Shown one piece after another: positions 19,054-28,445 of a DNA stretch of 64,000 nucleotides (its first letter is position 1; every line of letters starts with the position of its first letter). Origin of the DNA: Actinomycetota bacterium (lineage in GTDB: Bacteria; Actinomycetota; Thermoleophilia; Gaiellales; Gaiellaceae); assembly GCA_046731695.1 (NCBI GenBank), contig JBKPLR010000001.1:4442-68441 (forward strand), written 5' to 3'. The position numbers and the translations under genes are program-made. A model generated the notes under the pieces. That model saw only the letters and a list, made by a program, of their open reading frames with translations, ran no database searches and was not told where the DNA came from.

Positions 19054-20762
19054 GCGCCGCCGGGGGGCGGCATCGGATGCTCGAGGCCGTGCTCCTCGGC
19101 TACCTCGAGCGCATCGCGATAGCCCGCGTCCACGTGGCGCAGCACGCCGATCCCGGGATCGGTCGTGAGCACGCGTTCGAGGCGCTCAGCTGCATCGGCG
19201 CTTCCGTCGGCCAACACGACCATGCCGGCGTGAATCGAGTTGCCGATCCCGACACCCCCGCCATGGTGAACGCTCACCCACGTCGCGCCTGCCGCGACGT
19301 TCAGGAGCGCGTTTAGGATCGGCCAGTCCGCGATTGCGTCCGAGCCGTCGCGCATTGCCTCGGTCTCGCGAAACGGAGACGCGACGGAGCCCGAGTCGAG
19401 ATGGTCGCGGCCGATCACGATCGGCGCCTTCACTCGGCCGGTACGGACGAGGTCGTTTATCGCGAGACCTGCGCGAGCCCGCGCTCCGTAGCCCAGCCAG
19501 CAGATTCGAGCCGGGAGGCCCTGGAAGGCAATCCGCTTCGGAGCCACCTGTAACCAACGCTGGAGCGCGCGATCCTCCGGGAACAGATCGAGCAAGGCCT
19601 GGTCGATCGCCTCGATGTCGCCCACCTCGCCCGAGAGCGCAGCCCATCTGAAAGGCCCGATTCCGTGGCAGAACAACGGCCGGATATAAGCCGGGACGAA
19701 GCCCGGGTATGTGAACGCTTCTTCGACGCCCGCCTCTTCGGCCTCACCTCTCAAGTTGTTGCCATAATCGAAAACATAGCTGCCGGCTCGGACGTACTCG
19801 AGCATCCCTCGCACGTGCTCCGCAATGGAGTCACGGGCGCGCCGGAGATACTCGTCGGGATCGCCCTGCCGAAGAGCGGAAGCCTCGTCGACTGTCAGGC
19901 CGGAGGGCACGTAACCGTTCAGCGGATCGTGGGCGGCCGTCTGGTCGGTCACGAGGTCGAACGGCTCGCCCCTGCGAGCGAGCTCCGGGACGATCTCAGC
20001 CGCATTCCCGAGGAGAGCCACGGAGAGCGCTCTCCCCTCGGAGGCGGCTGCGTGGACTCGTTCCAGCGCGTCGTCGAGCGACTCGGTCGCCTCGTCCAGA
20101 TACCGCGTGTCGAGCCGCCGCCGGATGCGACCCGAATCGACCTCGACGCAGAGAATCGCCGCTCCGGCGAGCGTCGCCGCGAGCGGCTGTGCCCCGCCCA
20201 TGCCCCCGAGCCCGGCGGTCAGGATCGTGCGCCCCGAGAGGTCAGGCGACCCGAAGTGCCGCTCGCCCGCCGCAGCGAAGGTCTGATAGGTGCCCTGCAG
20301 GATGCCCTGCGTTCCGATGTAGATCCAGCTGCCGGCGGTCATCTGCCCGAACATCGTCAGGCCGAGCCCTTCGAGCCGCCGGAACTCGTCCCACGTCGCC
20401 CAGCGCGGAACGAGCAGCGAGTTGGCGATGAGGACGCGGGGCGCAGCTGGGTGTGTGCGGAACACGCCCACCGGCTTTCCGCTCTGCACCAGCAACGTCT
20501 CGTCCTCTCCAAGCGTCAACAGCGCACGAACGATGGCTCGGAGAGCTTCGGGACTCCGGGCGGCCTTTCCCGACCCGCCGTAGACGACGAGCTCTTCGGG
20601 GCGCTCCGCAACCTCGCGATCGAGATTGTTGAGAAGCATCCGGAGAGGGGCCTCGGTCGACCAGGAGCGGGCGTTGAGCTCGGCCCCGCGCGGAGCACGG
20701 ATCGAGGTCAGGTCGCCGCAGAGAGCCTCGACCGCAGAATCCAGCGAGCGGGTGGTGCTCAT
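19050..20762 (-). CDS. hutU: Urocanate hydratase
   Basis: Conserved sequence from Met118 of ORF 19050..21113 (MSTTRSLD...[27 protein letters not shown]...[12 protein letters not shown]). ATG 20760-20762 overlaps the stop of the 75-aa ORF. Confidence 0.95.
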   Translation of the reverse strand: MSTTRSLDSAVEALCGDLTSIRAPRGAELNARSWSTEAPLRMLLNNLDREVAERPEELVVYGGSGKAARSPEALRAIVRALLTLGEDETLLVQSGKPVGVFRTHPAAPRVLIANSLLVPRWATWDEFRRLEGLGLTMFGQMTAGSWIYIGTQGILQGTYQTFAAAGERHFGSPDLSGRTILTAGLGGMGGAQPLAATLAGAAILCVEVDSGRIRRRLDTRYLDEATESLDDALERVHAAASEGRALSVALLGNAAEIVPELARRGEPFDLVTDQTAAHDPLNGYVPSGLTVDEASALRQGDPDEYLRRARDSIAEHVRGMLEYVRAGSYVFDYGNNLRGEAEEAGVEEAFTYPGFVPAYIRPLFCHGIGPFRWAALSGEVGDIEAIDQALLDLFPEDRALQRWLQVAPKRIAFQGLPARICWLGYGARARAGLAINDLVRTGRVKAPIVIGRDHLDSGSVASPFRETEAMRDGSDAIADWPILNALLNVAAGATWVSVHHGGGVGIGNSIHAGMVVLADGSADAAERLERVLTTDPGIGVLRHVDAGYRDALEVAEEHGLEHPMPPPGGA

Positions 20763-20986
20763 CGCCGCTGCTGTTCCGCCTCGCGGGCTCGGATGTTCCG
20801 CCACGTCCAGCCCGTGGCGACGACGAACGCGCCGATGGCGGCGACAATGGCCCACAGCACGCGGCCGCCCGTCAGCGTGGCGATCACGACGACGATCACC
20901 GCGAACGCCCCGTAGACGAGCGCGCTGTCGCGGTAGGGACGCGGCGAACGCCGGCGCCCAGGGTTCTTGCCGTTCCTGCCGCTCAT
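20759..20986 (-). CDS. Small two-TM membrane protein embedded in the hut operon
   Basis: 75 aa, [60 protein letters not shown].... High GC3; ATGA overlaps with both the hutH stop and the hutU start. Confidence 0.5.
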   Translation of the reverse strand: MSGRNGKNPGRRRSPRPYRDSALVYGAFAVIVVVIATLTGGRVLWAIVAAIGAFVVATGWTWRNIRAREAEQQRR

Positions 20987-22521
20987 CGCAACTCACCGAC
21001 CTCGGCCTCGACCGCGTCGACGAGGGCGCCCTCGCGTACGGTCCGGGCGACTGCCTCGATGTCCCCCGAAAGCTGGCGGTCGTCGCGCAGCCTCGCGGAC
21101 AGCGACCTGACATGCTCCCGGGCGGCGCGGACGCCGATGCCGGGCTGCAACGGCGCCAGGAACTCGACGCCTTGCACCCCGGCGAGTAGCTCGATTGCGA
21201 GGACGCGCTCGGCGTTGTCGAGCACTTGCCAGACCTTTAACCCCGCGGCGTTGCCCATCGACACGTGATCCTCCTGGCCTGCGCTCGTCGGAATCGAGTC
21301 GACGCCGGCCGGATGCGAGAGCACCTTGTTCTCGCTCACGAGCGACGCCGCGACGTACTGCGGGATCATGAAGCCGGAGTTGAGGCCTCCGTCTCCGGTG
21401 AGAAAGGCCGGTAGTCCCTCCGAGAGGCTCGGGTTGACCAAGCGCTCGATTCGCCGTTCCGAGATGTCTGCGAGCTCGGCGACCGCCATCGCCATCGCAT
21501 CGAGCGCAAAGGCGAGCGGTTGTCCATGGAAGTTGCCGTTCGAGACGAGCAGGTCGTCGTCCACCAGGACGAGCGGGTTGTCGGTCGCGGCGTTCAACTC
21601 GGTGGTCACGGTGTAGTCGACGTAGTCCAGAAGGTCGCGGCTCGCCCCGTGAACCTGCGGCGCGCAGCGCAGCGAGTACGCGTCCTGCACCTTGTCGCAC
21701 CAGCGGTGTGCCTCGTTGATCGCCGAGTCCTCGAGCAGCCGCAGCACGTTGTTGGCGGCGGCGATCTGCCCGCGCAGCGGCCGTGCGGCGTGGACCTGCG
21801 GAATGAAGCTGCTCCGCGAGCCCTGAAGGGCCTCGATCGAAACGGCGCATGCGATGTCCGCTGTCTTCGCCAGCCGCCGCGCGCGTGCGAGCCCGAGCGC
21901 TCCGAAGGCCGCCATGAACTGCGTCCCGTTCACGAGCGAGAGCCCTTCCTTCGCCTGCAGGCGGACCGGCTGAAGGCCCGCGGCCGCGAGCGCCTCTGAC
22001 CCGGGAAGGAGCTTCCCTTCGAACCACGCCTCGCCCTCGCCGATCAGCGGGAGGGCGAGATGCGCGAGGGGAGCGAGGTCTCCACTCGCGCCGACCGATC
22101 CGCGGCTCGGCACGCGCGGGAGCACGCCGCGGTTGAGGCAGTCGACGATCAGCTCGACGGTGTGGACATGGGCACCCGAGAACCCCTTCGCGAGCGCATT
22201 CGCCCGGAGGAGCATGGCCGCGCGCACGATCTCCGGTGTGTACGGCTCGCCGACCCCGCAAGCGTGGCTGCGAAGGAGCCGGAGCTGGAGCTCTTCCGCG
22301 AGCTCTTCGGGAATGGAGCGCGAGACGAAACGGCCGAAGCCGGTGTTGACGCCGTAGGTGTGCTCCCGCTTGCCATGGACGGCCCGCTCGACGAGTTCGC
22401 GGGCGGCGCGCATCCGCTCGCGCGCGGAATCGGCGATCTCGACGGGCGCGTGCTCGACGGCGACGGCCCAAACGTCGGCGAGACCGAGGTCGTCGCCGGT
22501 GAGAGCCTTGCTCTCGATCAC
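20983..22521 (-). CDS. hutH: Histidine ammonia-lyase
   Basis: 512 aa with the MIO-forming [14 protein letters not shown] motif; GTG start. Confidence 0.95.
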   Translation of the reverse strand: MIESKALTGDDLGLADVWAVAVEHAPVEIADSARERMRAARELVERAVHGKREHTYGVNTGFGRFVSRSIPEELAEELQLRLLRSHACGVGEPYTPEIVRAAMLLRANALAKGFSGAHVHTVELIVDCLNRGVLPRVPSRGSVGASGDLAPLAHLALPLIGEGEAWFEGKLLPGSEALAAAGLQPVRLQAKEGLSLVNGTQFMAAFGALGLARARRLAKTADIACAVSIEALQGSRSSFIPQVHAARPLRGQIAAANNVLRLLEDSAINEAHRWCDKVQDAYSLRCAPQVHGASRDLLDYVDYTVTTELNAATDNPLVLVDDDLLVSNGNFHGQPLAFALDAMAMAVAELADISERRIERLVNPSLSEGLPAFLTGDGGLNSGFMIPQYVAASLVSENKVLSHPAGVDSIPTSAGQEDHVSMGNAAGLKVWQVLDNAERVLAIELLAGVQGVEFLAPLQPGIGVRAAREHVRSLSARLRDDRQLSGDIEAVARTVREGALVDAVEAEVGELR

Positions 22522-22527
22522 GCCGCG

Positions 22528-22533
22528 AGTCTA
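22528..22533 (-). promoter_or_regulatory. -10-like TAGACT, 6 nt upstream of the hutH GTG
   Basis: Minus strand reads TAGACT-cgcggc-GTG. Confidence 0.45.
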
Positions 22534-22566
22534 TCCCGCGTGGATCAGACGCCTCCGGCCGCGACA

Positions 22567-22650
22567 GGGTCCCTTAGTACGGTCCGCCCGGCCTCCTCCC
22601 CAAGGCGATCGTAACGAGGAAATGCGCACGTGTCTGTCACGGATTCGTGC
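22567..22650 (-). repeat. Conserved intergenic element, copy C
   Basis: Sense (minus) strand: CACGAATCCGTGACAGACACGTGCGCATTTCCTCGTTACGATCGCCTTGGGGAGGAGGCCGGGCGGACCGTACTAAGGGACCC. Confidence 0.85.
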
Positions 22651-22670
22651 CGGATGTGTGTCGGCGCTCG

Positions 22671-23552
22671 CTACTCCTCGAGCAGCCTTAGCTCGAGCAC
22701 GCGCGAAGCGTCGAAGCCGTCGATCCGGAGCATGGCGCCGGCAGCCGCGACCGCCGCGCCGGCCGGCATCAGGCCGACGAGCTCGGACCCGACGACGTCC
22801 GCTCCGCGCGCCGCCGCTTCCCGCTCGACGCGTTCGACGATCTCGTGCAACGCCGCGGCCTCGTAGTCCTCGACGTTCATGCTCACCTGAACGATCCCGG
22901 CGCGCGGCAAGTCGAGCCCCAGCGCGCGCACCCCGGGAAAACCGCCGTCCCGCTCGCGCACCGCGCGCGCGGCTTCTCGTGCCGCCTCGAGCGACCCGCG
23001 CAGGTTGACGTTGAAGGCGATCAGCGGCCGTCGCGCGCCGACGAGGACGCCGCCAGCCCGCTCGTCGAGACGCGACGGCCCGAAGTCCGGCGCGAGCTCG
23101 CCGTTCTCCAACCGTCGCGCCAGCTCCTCCACGCCTCCCTGCCGGAAGAACGCGGGCCCGCGACCCGGCGCGAGCTCTCCGTACAGGAACACCGGCAGCT
23201 CCAGCTCCTCCCCCACGCGCCCCGCGAGCATCTGCGCCGCCGCCGAAGCACGCTCCATCTCGTCGCGCGCGAGCGGCACCACCGGCACGACATCGGCGGC
23301 TCCAATCCGCGGATGGGCCCCCTCGTGCCGACGCAGGTCGATTCGCTCCTTCGCACAGGCGATCCCGACCAGCAGCGACTCCACCAGCTCCCCCTCATCC
23401 CCGACAAGCGTGAATACCGACCGGTTGTGGTCCTCGTCCGCGTGGACATCGAGCAGCCGAGCCCGCCCATCGAGCGCCGCAGCCAAGGCGTCGATCGTCG
23501 CCCGGTCGCGGCCTTCCGAGAAGTTCGGCACCGACTCGAGCGGCCGCGGCAT
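22671..23552 (-). CDS. ftcD: Glutamate formimidoyltransferase (FtcD N-domain type)
   Basis: 293 aa, MPRPLESVPNFSEGRD...NRSVFTLVG...HPRIGAADVVP, typical of the formiminotransferase family. Confidence 0.9.
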   Translation of the reverse strand: MPRPLESVPNFSEGRDRATIDALAAALDGRARLLDVHADEDHNRSVFTLVGDEGELVESLLVGIACAKERIDLRRHEGAHPRIGAADVVPVVPLARDEMERASAAAQMLAGRVGEELELPVFLYGELAPGRGPAFFRQGGVEELARRLENGELAPDFGPSRLDERAGGVLVGARRPLIAFNVNLRGSLEAAREAARAVRERDGGFPGVRALGLDLPRAGIVQVSMNVEDYEAAALHEIVERVEREAAARGADVVGSELVGLMPAGAAVAAAGAMLRIDGFDASRVLELRLLEE

Positions 23553-23557
23553 AGACG

Positions 23558-23564
23558 TACTCTA
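23558..23564. promoter_or_regulatory. Symmetric TACTCTA box giving -10 hexamers on both strands between ftcD and the methyltransferase
   Basis: Plus strand: TACTCT-aggaag-GTG(23570). Minus strand: TAGAGT-acgtct-ATG(23552). The divergent start codons are only 17 bp apart. Confidence 0.45.
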
Positions 23565-23569
23565 GGAAG

Positions 23570-24157
23570 GTGAAGGCCTACTACGAGCGCCGCGCCCTCG
23601 AGTACGACGAGTGGTACCTCGGCGTCGGGCTGTATGCGGAACGCGATCGCCTAGGCTGGGAGGAGGAGCTCGACGCGCTCCGCCAGACCCTGGAGCGCAT
23701 GCCGCCCGCCCGCACGCTCGACGTCGCCTGCGGGACCGGGTTCCTCACCCGGCACCTCCCTGGCGAAGTCGTCGGCCTCGACCAGAGCCGTTCGATGCTG
23801 GACGAGGCCCGCCGCCAGGCATCCGGCGCCACCTTCGTCCTCGGCGACGCTCTCGAGCTTCCCTTCGCCGACCGCTCCTTCGAGCGTGTCTTCACCGGGC
23901 ACTTCTACGGACACCTCGACGAGGCGGAGCGCGACCGCTTTTTGCGGGAAGCGCGGCGCGTCGCGCCCGAGCTCGTCGTGGGCGACACGGCAACACAACC
24001 CGATACGCCTCCTGAGCACTGGCAGGAGCGGGTCCTCAACGACGGCTCCCGCTGGAAGGTCTACAAGCGCTACTTCGACCCGGAGGCGCTCGCGCGCGAG
24101 CTAGGCGGTGGCCGGGTCCTGCACGCCGGCCGCTGGTTCGTCGTCGTCCAGGCGTGA
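23570..24157 (+). CDS. Class I SAM-dependent methyltransferase
   Basis: 195 aa, LDVACGTGFLTRHL (motif I), LGDALELPFADRSFERV. Confidence 0.8.
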   Translation: MKAYYERRALEYDEWYLGVGLYAERDRLGWEEELDALRQTLERMPPARTLDVACGTGFLTRHLPGEVVGLDQSRSMLDEARRQASGATFVLGDALELPFADRSFERVFTGHFYGHLDEAERDRFLREARRVAPELVVGDTATQPDTPPEHWQERVLNDGSRWKVYKRYFDPEALARELGGGRVLHAGRWFVVVQA

Positions 24158-24774
24158 CGCGCCGGCGCTCGTCCTATCGGTCCCTCACCTCCCTGCAACG
24201 CGACAACCGCGTCTGCCGCGCCTGCGTCGAGGCCGGCCACCCGCTCTTCTCGCTGCCGGTCCTGGAAGGACACGACGGCCAGAAGGCCTACATGCACGGC
24301 CAGGCACCCGGTATGGTCGAGGGCGAGGAGCGGCGCCCGTGGCGAGGCCGGGCCGGCCGGACGCTACGCAGTTGGCTCGGCCTGGGCGAGGAAGAGTTCT
24401 ACGAGACCTTCTACTGTGCCTCGGTCACCCGCTGCTATCCCGGCAAGGCCGCCCGTGGGGACCGGACGCCGACGCGACAGGAGCAGGCCCTCTGCGCCTT
24501 CTGGAGAGAGTGGGAACTTCGTCTCTTGCGTCCTCGGCTGATCGTCCCCGTCGGTGGGCTCGCAGTGGAGCGCCTCCTCGGGCCGCAGAGCCTCCGCGAA
24601 TGCGTCGGGTGCACGTTCACGTACGGCGATGCGGTCGCGATCCCGCTCCCCCACCCGTCCGGCGCGAGCGCTTGGCCGAATGCTCCGGCGAACCGGCGGC
24701 GGCTCGACACGGCGATCTCGTTGATCCACGCCGAGCTGGCGGAGCTCTCCGATATGCGGAACCCCGGTCGCTAG
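24154..24774 (+). CDS. Uracil-DNA glycosylase superfamily protein
   Basis: 206 aa with motif A-like HGQAPGMVE, motif B-like PHPSGAS, and Cys pairs CRAC/CASVTRC compatible with an Fe-S type UDG. GTGA overlap with the upstream gene. Confidence 0.7.
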   Translation: MTRRRSSYRSLTSLQRDNRVCRACVEAGHPLFSLPVLEGHDGQKAYMHGQAPGMVEGEERRPWRGRAGRTLRSWLGLGEEEFYETFYCASVTRCYPGKAARGDRTPTRQEQALCAFWREWELRLLRPRLIVPVGGLAVERLLGPQSLRECVGCTFTYGDAVAIPLPHPSGASAWPNAPANRRRLDTAISLIHAELAELSDMRNPGR

Positions 24775-24777
24775 ATT
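24772..24777 (+). promoter_or_regulatory. -10-like TAGATT, 6 nt upstream of the ABC transporter GTG
   Basis: TAGATT-tcgagg-GTG(24784); the hexamer includes the UDG stop codon. Confidence 0.4.
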
Positions 24778-24783
24778 TCGAGG

Positions 24784-26559
24784 GTGCAGGAACGACCGCG
24801 GTATCGAGACACCTTCATCCGACTGCTCGGGTTCCTGCGCCCGTACAAATGGTCGCTCTGGATCTCGGTCGCGCTCGCGCTGCTCTCGCAGTTCTGCCAA
24901 TTCATCACGGCGTACCTGACGGGAACCGCGGTCGCACACGCCGTCCACGGCAACGACCGGCACGCACTCGACCTCGTCGTCGTCGCCGTCGTGCTCGTGG
25001 GGCTCTCGCGCGCGCTGGCGATGATGGGCCGCCGCCTGATCGCCGGCAAGCAGGCGCTCGGCGTCGAGCTCGACCTGCGCAGCGCGCTCTACGCGCATCT
25101 GCTCCGGCTCTCGTTCGGCTTCTACGACCGGCACCAGACCGGGCAGCTGATGTCCCGCGCGACGGTCGACCTGCAGACCGTGCGGTTCTTCCTCGGCTAC
25201 GGCCTCATCTTCTTCTTCCAGAACGTCTTGACCGTGGTCGGCGCCGGGATCGTGATGTTCGTCGTCAACTGGCGCCTGGCGCTCGTGAGCCTCTGGATCG
25301 CGCCGCTGCTGGTCGGCCTCGCGTATCGCTACTCGCACGTCGCGCATCCGCTGCTGCGTGACGTTCAGCAGAAGATGGCCGACGTCGCGACCGTCGCCGA
25401 GGAGAACATCGTCGGCGTCCATGTCGTCAAGTCGTTCGCGCAGGAACAGGCCGAGCAGCGGAAGTTCGAGGAGCGCTCGGAGGCGGTCTTCAAACAGAGC
25501 GTCGCGGCCAACCGCCAGCGCGCGCTCTACGTGCCGCTGCTCTCCTTCCTGCCGCTGCTGGCGCAGGGCACCGTCCTGCTCGTCGGCGGCCGGATGGTCG
25601 TGCACGGCTCGCTGCCGCTGCACGACTTCATCTTCTTCAACGTGCTCGTGCTGATGCTCGTGATGCCGTTGCGAATGCTCGGAATGTGGATCGGGCAGGC
25701 GCAGCGGGCGACCGCGTCCGGCGAGCGCATCTTCGAGGTGATGGACGAGCCCGAGGACGTCGCCGACCGGCCGCACGTGAGCGAGCTCCGGCCGGGCCCG
25801 GGGCACCTGCGGTACCGCGATGTGCACTTCGAGTACTCGCCCGGCCGGACAGTACTGGACGGGATCGACCTCGAGCTCGCTGCCGGGACTACGGTTGCGG
25901 TGATCGGGCACACGGGCTCCGGCAAGACGACGCTCGCGTCCTTGGTCCCGCGCTTCTACGACGCGACGGCCGGCGCAGTCGAGCTGGACGGCGTCGACGT
26001 CCGAGACGTGACGCTGGCCTCGCTGCGGCAAGCCATCGGGGTCGTGACGCAAGACCCGTTCCTGTTCTCGGCCTCCGTACGGGAGAACATCGGCTTCGGA
26101 CGCCCGTACGCCAGCGACGAGGAGATCGAGCGTGCGGCCGAGCTCGCACAGGCACACGAGTTCATCGCTGAGCTTCCCGACGGCTACGACACGGTCATCG
26201 GGGAGCGCGGCATCACGCTCTCGGGAGGCCAGCGCCAGCGGATCGCGATCGCGAGGGCGCTTGTCGTTGACCCGCGCGTGCTGATCTTCGACGACGCAAC
26301 CGCGTCGGTCGACGCCACCACCGAGGCGAGGATCAAGCTCGGCCTGCGCGAGGCGATGCGCGGCCGGACGACGATCATCATCGCGCACCGGCTCTCGACG
26401 ATCTCCCTGGCAGACGAGATCGTGGTCCTCGACGGCGGCCGCATCGCGGCCCGCGGGACACACGACCAGCTGATCGCGACGAGCCCGGTGTACGGCGAGA
26501 TCCACGAGCACGGCCTGCTCGAGCGTGAGTTCGCCGAGAGAGTGGAGGCGACGGCATGA
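24784..26559 (+). CDS. ABC exporter, fused permease/ATPase, subunit 1
   Basis: 591 aa: six-TM domain then Walker A GHTGSGKTT, signature LSGGQRQR, Walker B LIFDDATS. Confidence 0.9.
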   Translation: MQERPRYRDTFIRLLGFLRPYKWSLWISVALALLSQFCQFITAYLTGTAVAHAVHGNDRHALDLVVVAVVLVGLSRALAMMGRRLIAGKQALGVELDLRSALYAHLLRLSFGFYDRHQTGQLMSRATVDLQTVRFFLGYGLIFFFQNVLTVVGAGIVMFVVNWRLALVSLWIAPLLVGLAYRYSHVAHPLLRDVQQKMADVATVAEENIVGVHVVKSFAQEQAEQRKFEERSEAVFKQSVAANRQRALYVPLLSFLPLLAQGTVLLVGGRMVVHGSLPLHDFIFFNVLVLMLVMPLRMLGMWIGQAQRATASGERIFEVMDEPEDVADRPHVSELRPGPGHLRYRDVHFEYSPGRTVLDGIDLELAAGTTVAVIGHTGSGKTTLASLVPRFYDATAGAVELDGVDVRDVTLASLRQAIGVVTQDPFLFSASVRENIGFGRPYASDEEIERAAELAQAHEFIAELPDGYDTVIGERGITLSGGQRQRIAIARALVVDPRVLIFDDATASVDATTEARIKLGLREAMRGRTTIIIAHRLSTISLADEIVVLDGGRIAARGTHDQLIATSPVYGEIHEHGLLEREFAERVEATA

Positions 26560-28358
26560 GGGTGTGGCAGCCCGGCGGCCACCTGATGCGCGAGCGCGGT
26601 GCGAAGGTCGAGGACTGGTCCTGGCGAGCCACCATGCGGCGGGTCTCGACGCTCGCCCGGCTGACGGCGCCGTACAAGCTGCGCACGACGCTGGCGATCC
26701 TGTCGCTCCTCGCGGCCACGGCTGCCAGCCTCGTCCCGCCGTATCTGGCGAAGCTCGCGATCGACCACGGCGTCCTCCACGGCGACCTCGCCCAGCTCAC
26801 GTGGATCGTCGCAGCCTTCGGCGCCGCCGGCCTCGCGACGATCGCCACCTCTTCGGCGCAGACCTACTTCACCGGCTGGACCGGCGAGCGGATCCTGGCC
26901 GACCTCCGGAATCTGCTGTTCCGTCACCTCCAGCGGCTGTCGCTCGGTTTCTACGAGCGCAACCGCGCCGGCGTGATCATCAGCCGGCTCACGAACGACG
27001 TCGAGGCACTCGACCAGCTCGTCACCGACGGCGTCACGAGCCTCGTCCAGAACACGCTGACGCTCCTCGGGTCGGCGATCATTCTCTTCTTCCTCGACTG
27101 GCGGCTTGCGCTCGCGACACTCACGGTAATGCCGGCGCTGACGATCGGGACCGCCCTCTTCCGCAAGTACTCCGCCCGCGCCTATCGCGAGGTCCGCGAG
27201 CGGCTCGGGCTCGTCACGGCGACGCTCGCGGAGGACATCGCCGGGATGCGGATCGTGCAGGCGTTCACGCGCGAAGGGGCCGCCGAGCGCAACTTCCGCG
27301 AGGTAAGCGAGAGCTACCGCGACGCGAACCAGCAGACGGTCGTCCTGAACGGCCTTTACTTCCCGTTCGTCGACTTCCTGTACGCGATCGCCACAGCCAT
27401 CGTGCTCGGTTACGGCGGCTACCTGGTCTTCGGCCACTCGATGACGGCCGGCACCCTGTTCGCGTTCATCGGCTACCTCGCGAACTTCTTCGATCCCGTG
27501 CAGCAGCTGTCGCAGCTCTACAACACGTTCCTCTCCGCCACTGCCGCGCTCGACAAGATCATGGACGTGATGGACGAGGAGCCGGAGATCCGCGACAAGC
27601 CGGACGCGTACGAGTGGCCGCAGATCGACGGGCACGTTCGGTTCGAGAACGTGCGCTTCGGCTACGGGCAGGGGCCGGAGGTGCTGCACGGACTCGACCT
27701 CTACATTCCGGCGGGGACGACAGTCGCGCTCGTCGGGCACACCGGGGCCGGGAAGTCGACGATCGCGAAGCTGCTCGCGCGCTTCTACGACCCGCGCGAG
27801 GGCCGGATCACGATCGACGGCCACGATCTGCGCGACGTGATGCAGGAGTCGCTCCGGCGGCAGCTCGGGATCGTGCCGCAGGAAGGCTTCCTCTTCGCCG
27901 GCACCGTGCGCGACAACATCGCGTTCGGCCGTCCGGATGCTTCGCCGGAGGACGTCGTCGCCGCGGCGAACGCTGTCGGAGCGCACGACTTCATCCTGCG
28001 GCTCGAGGACGGCTACGAGACGGAGCTGCAGGAGCGCGGGTCTCGGCTCTCGCTCGGGCAGCGGCAGCTCGTCGCGCTCGCGCGCGCATTTCTGGCCGAC
28101 CCGCGGATCCTCATCCTCGACGAGCCCACGTCGTCGGTTGACATCGGGACCGAGCGCAAGATCGAGCAGGCGTTGCGGACGCTGCTCGCCGGAAGAACCG
28201 CGTTCGTGATCGCACATCGCCTTTCGACCATTCGCGACGCCGACCGGATCGTCGTTCTCGAGCACGGCCGCCTCGTCGAGCAGGGGACGCACGACGAGCT
28301 CATGCGACGCCGCGGGCTCTACACGTCGCTCTACGGCGACTGGGCCGAAGTGGCCTGA
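26556..28358 (+). CDS. ABC exporter, fused permease/ATPase, subunit 2
   Basis: 600 aa, GHTGAGKST, LSLGQRQL, LILDEPTS. ATGA overlap with subunit 1 suggests a heterodimer. Confidence 0.9.
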   Translation: MRVWQPGGHLMRERGAKVEDWSWRATMRRVSTLARLTAPYKLRTTLAILSLLAATAASLVPPYLAKLAIDHGVLHGDLAQLTWIVAAFGAAGLATIATSSAQTYFTGWTGERILADLRNLLFRHLQRLSLGFYERNRAGVIISRLTNDVEALDQLVTDGVTSLVQNTLTLLGSAIILFFLDWRLALATLTVMPALTIGTALFRKYSARAYREVRERLGLVTATLAEDIAGMRIVQAFTREGAAERNFREVSESYRDANQQTVVLNGLYFPFVDFLYAIATAIVLGYGGYLVFGHSMTAGTLFAFIGYLANFFDPVQQLSQLYNTFLSATAALDKIMDVMDEEPEIRDKPDAYEWPQIDGHVRFENVRFGYGQGPEVLHGLDLYIPAGTTVALVGHTGAGKSTIAKLLARFYDPREGRITIDGHDLRDVMQESLRRQLGIVPQEGFLFAGTVRDNIAFGRPDASPEDVVAAANAVGAHDFILRLEDGYETELQERGSRLSLGQRQLVALARAFLADPRILILDEPTSSVDIGTERKIEQALRTLLAGRTAFVIAHRLSTIRDADRIVVLEHGRLVEQGTHDELMRRRGLYTSLYGDWAEVA

Positions 28359-28445
28359 CTTCGTGCGGACTTCGTAACGAAAGCGTCAATTCCCTGATAC
28401 GAGGGATCACCGGGGCAATCGGCTGTCCCGATCGTGGGAAAGCCG

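Noticed and set aside
22567-22650. ZTP (pfl) riboswitch idea for the repeat element. The CGUGAC, GGGGAG and CGCCU..GGG strings recall pfl-motif landmarks, and copy C lies next to folate-linked ftcD/hut genes.
   Set aside because: The resemblance is only a few short strings recalled from memory. The element occurs in both orientations relative to its neighbouring genes. Copies C and D lie upstream of the -10 boxes rather than inside 5' leaders. Copies A and B have no downstream gene on their strand.
24364-28292. Very long antisense ORFs (24364..26511, 715 aa; 26184..28292, 702 aa), and many other Arg/Ala/Pro/Gly-rich ORFs in the track.
   Set aside because: They lie opposite the two ABC transporter genes, which have clear Walker and signature motifs. 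Stop-free antisense frames are expected at this GC content, and their low-complexity composition matches no known family. The same reasoning was applied throughout, for example to 1109..1960, 8776..9954 (N-terminal part), 10911..12167, 33371..34927, 36048..37172, 48744..50489 and 54978..56600.
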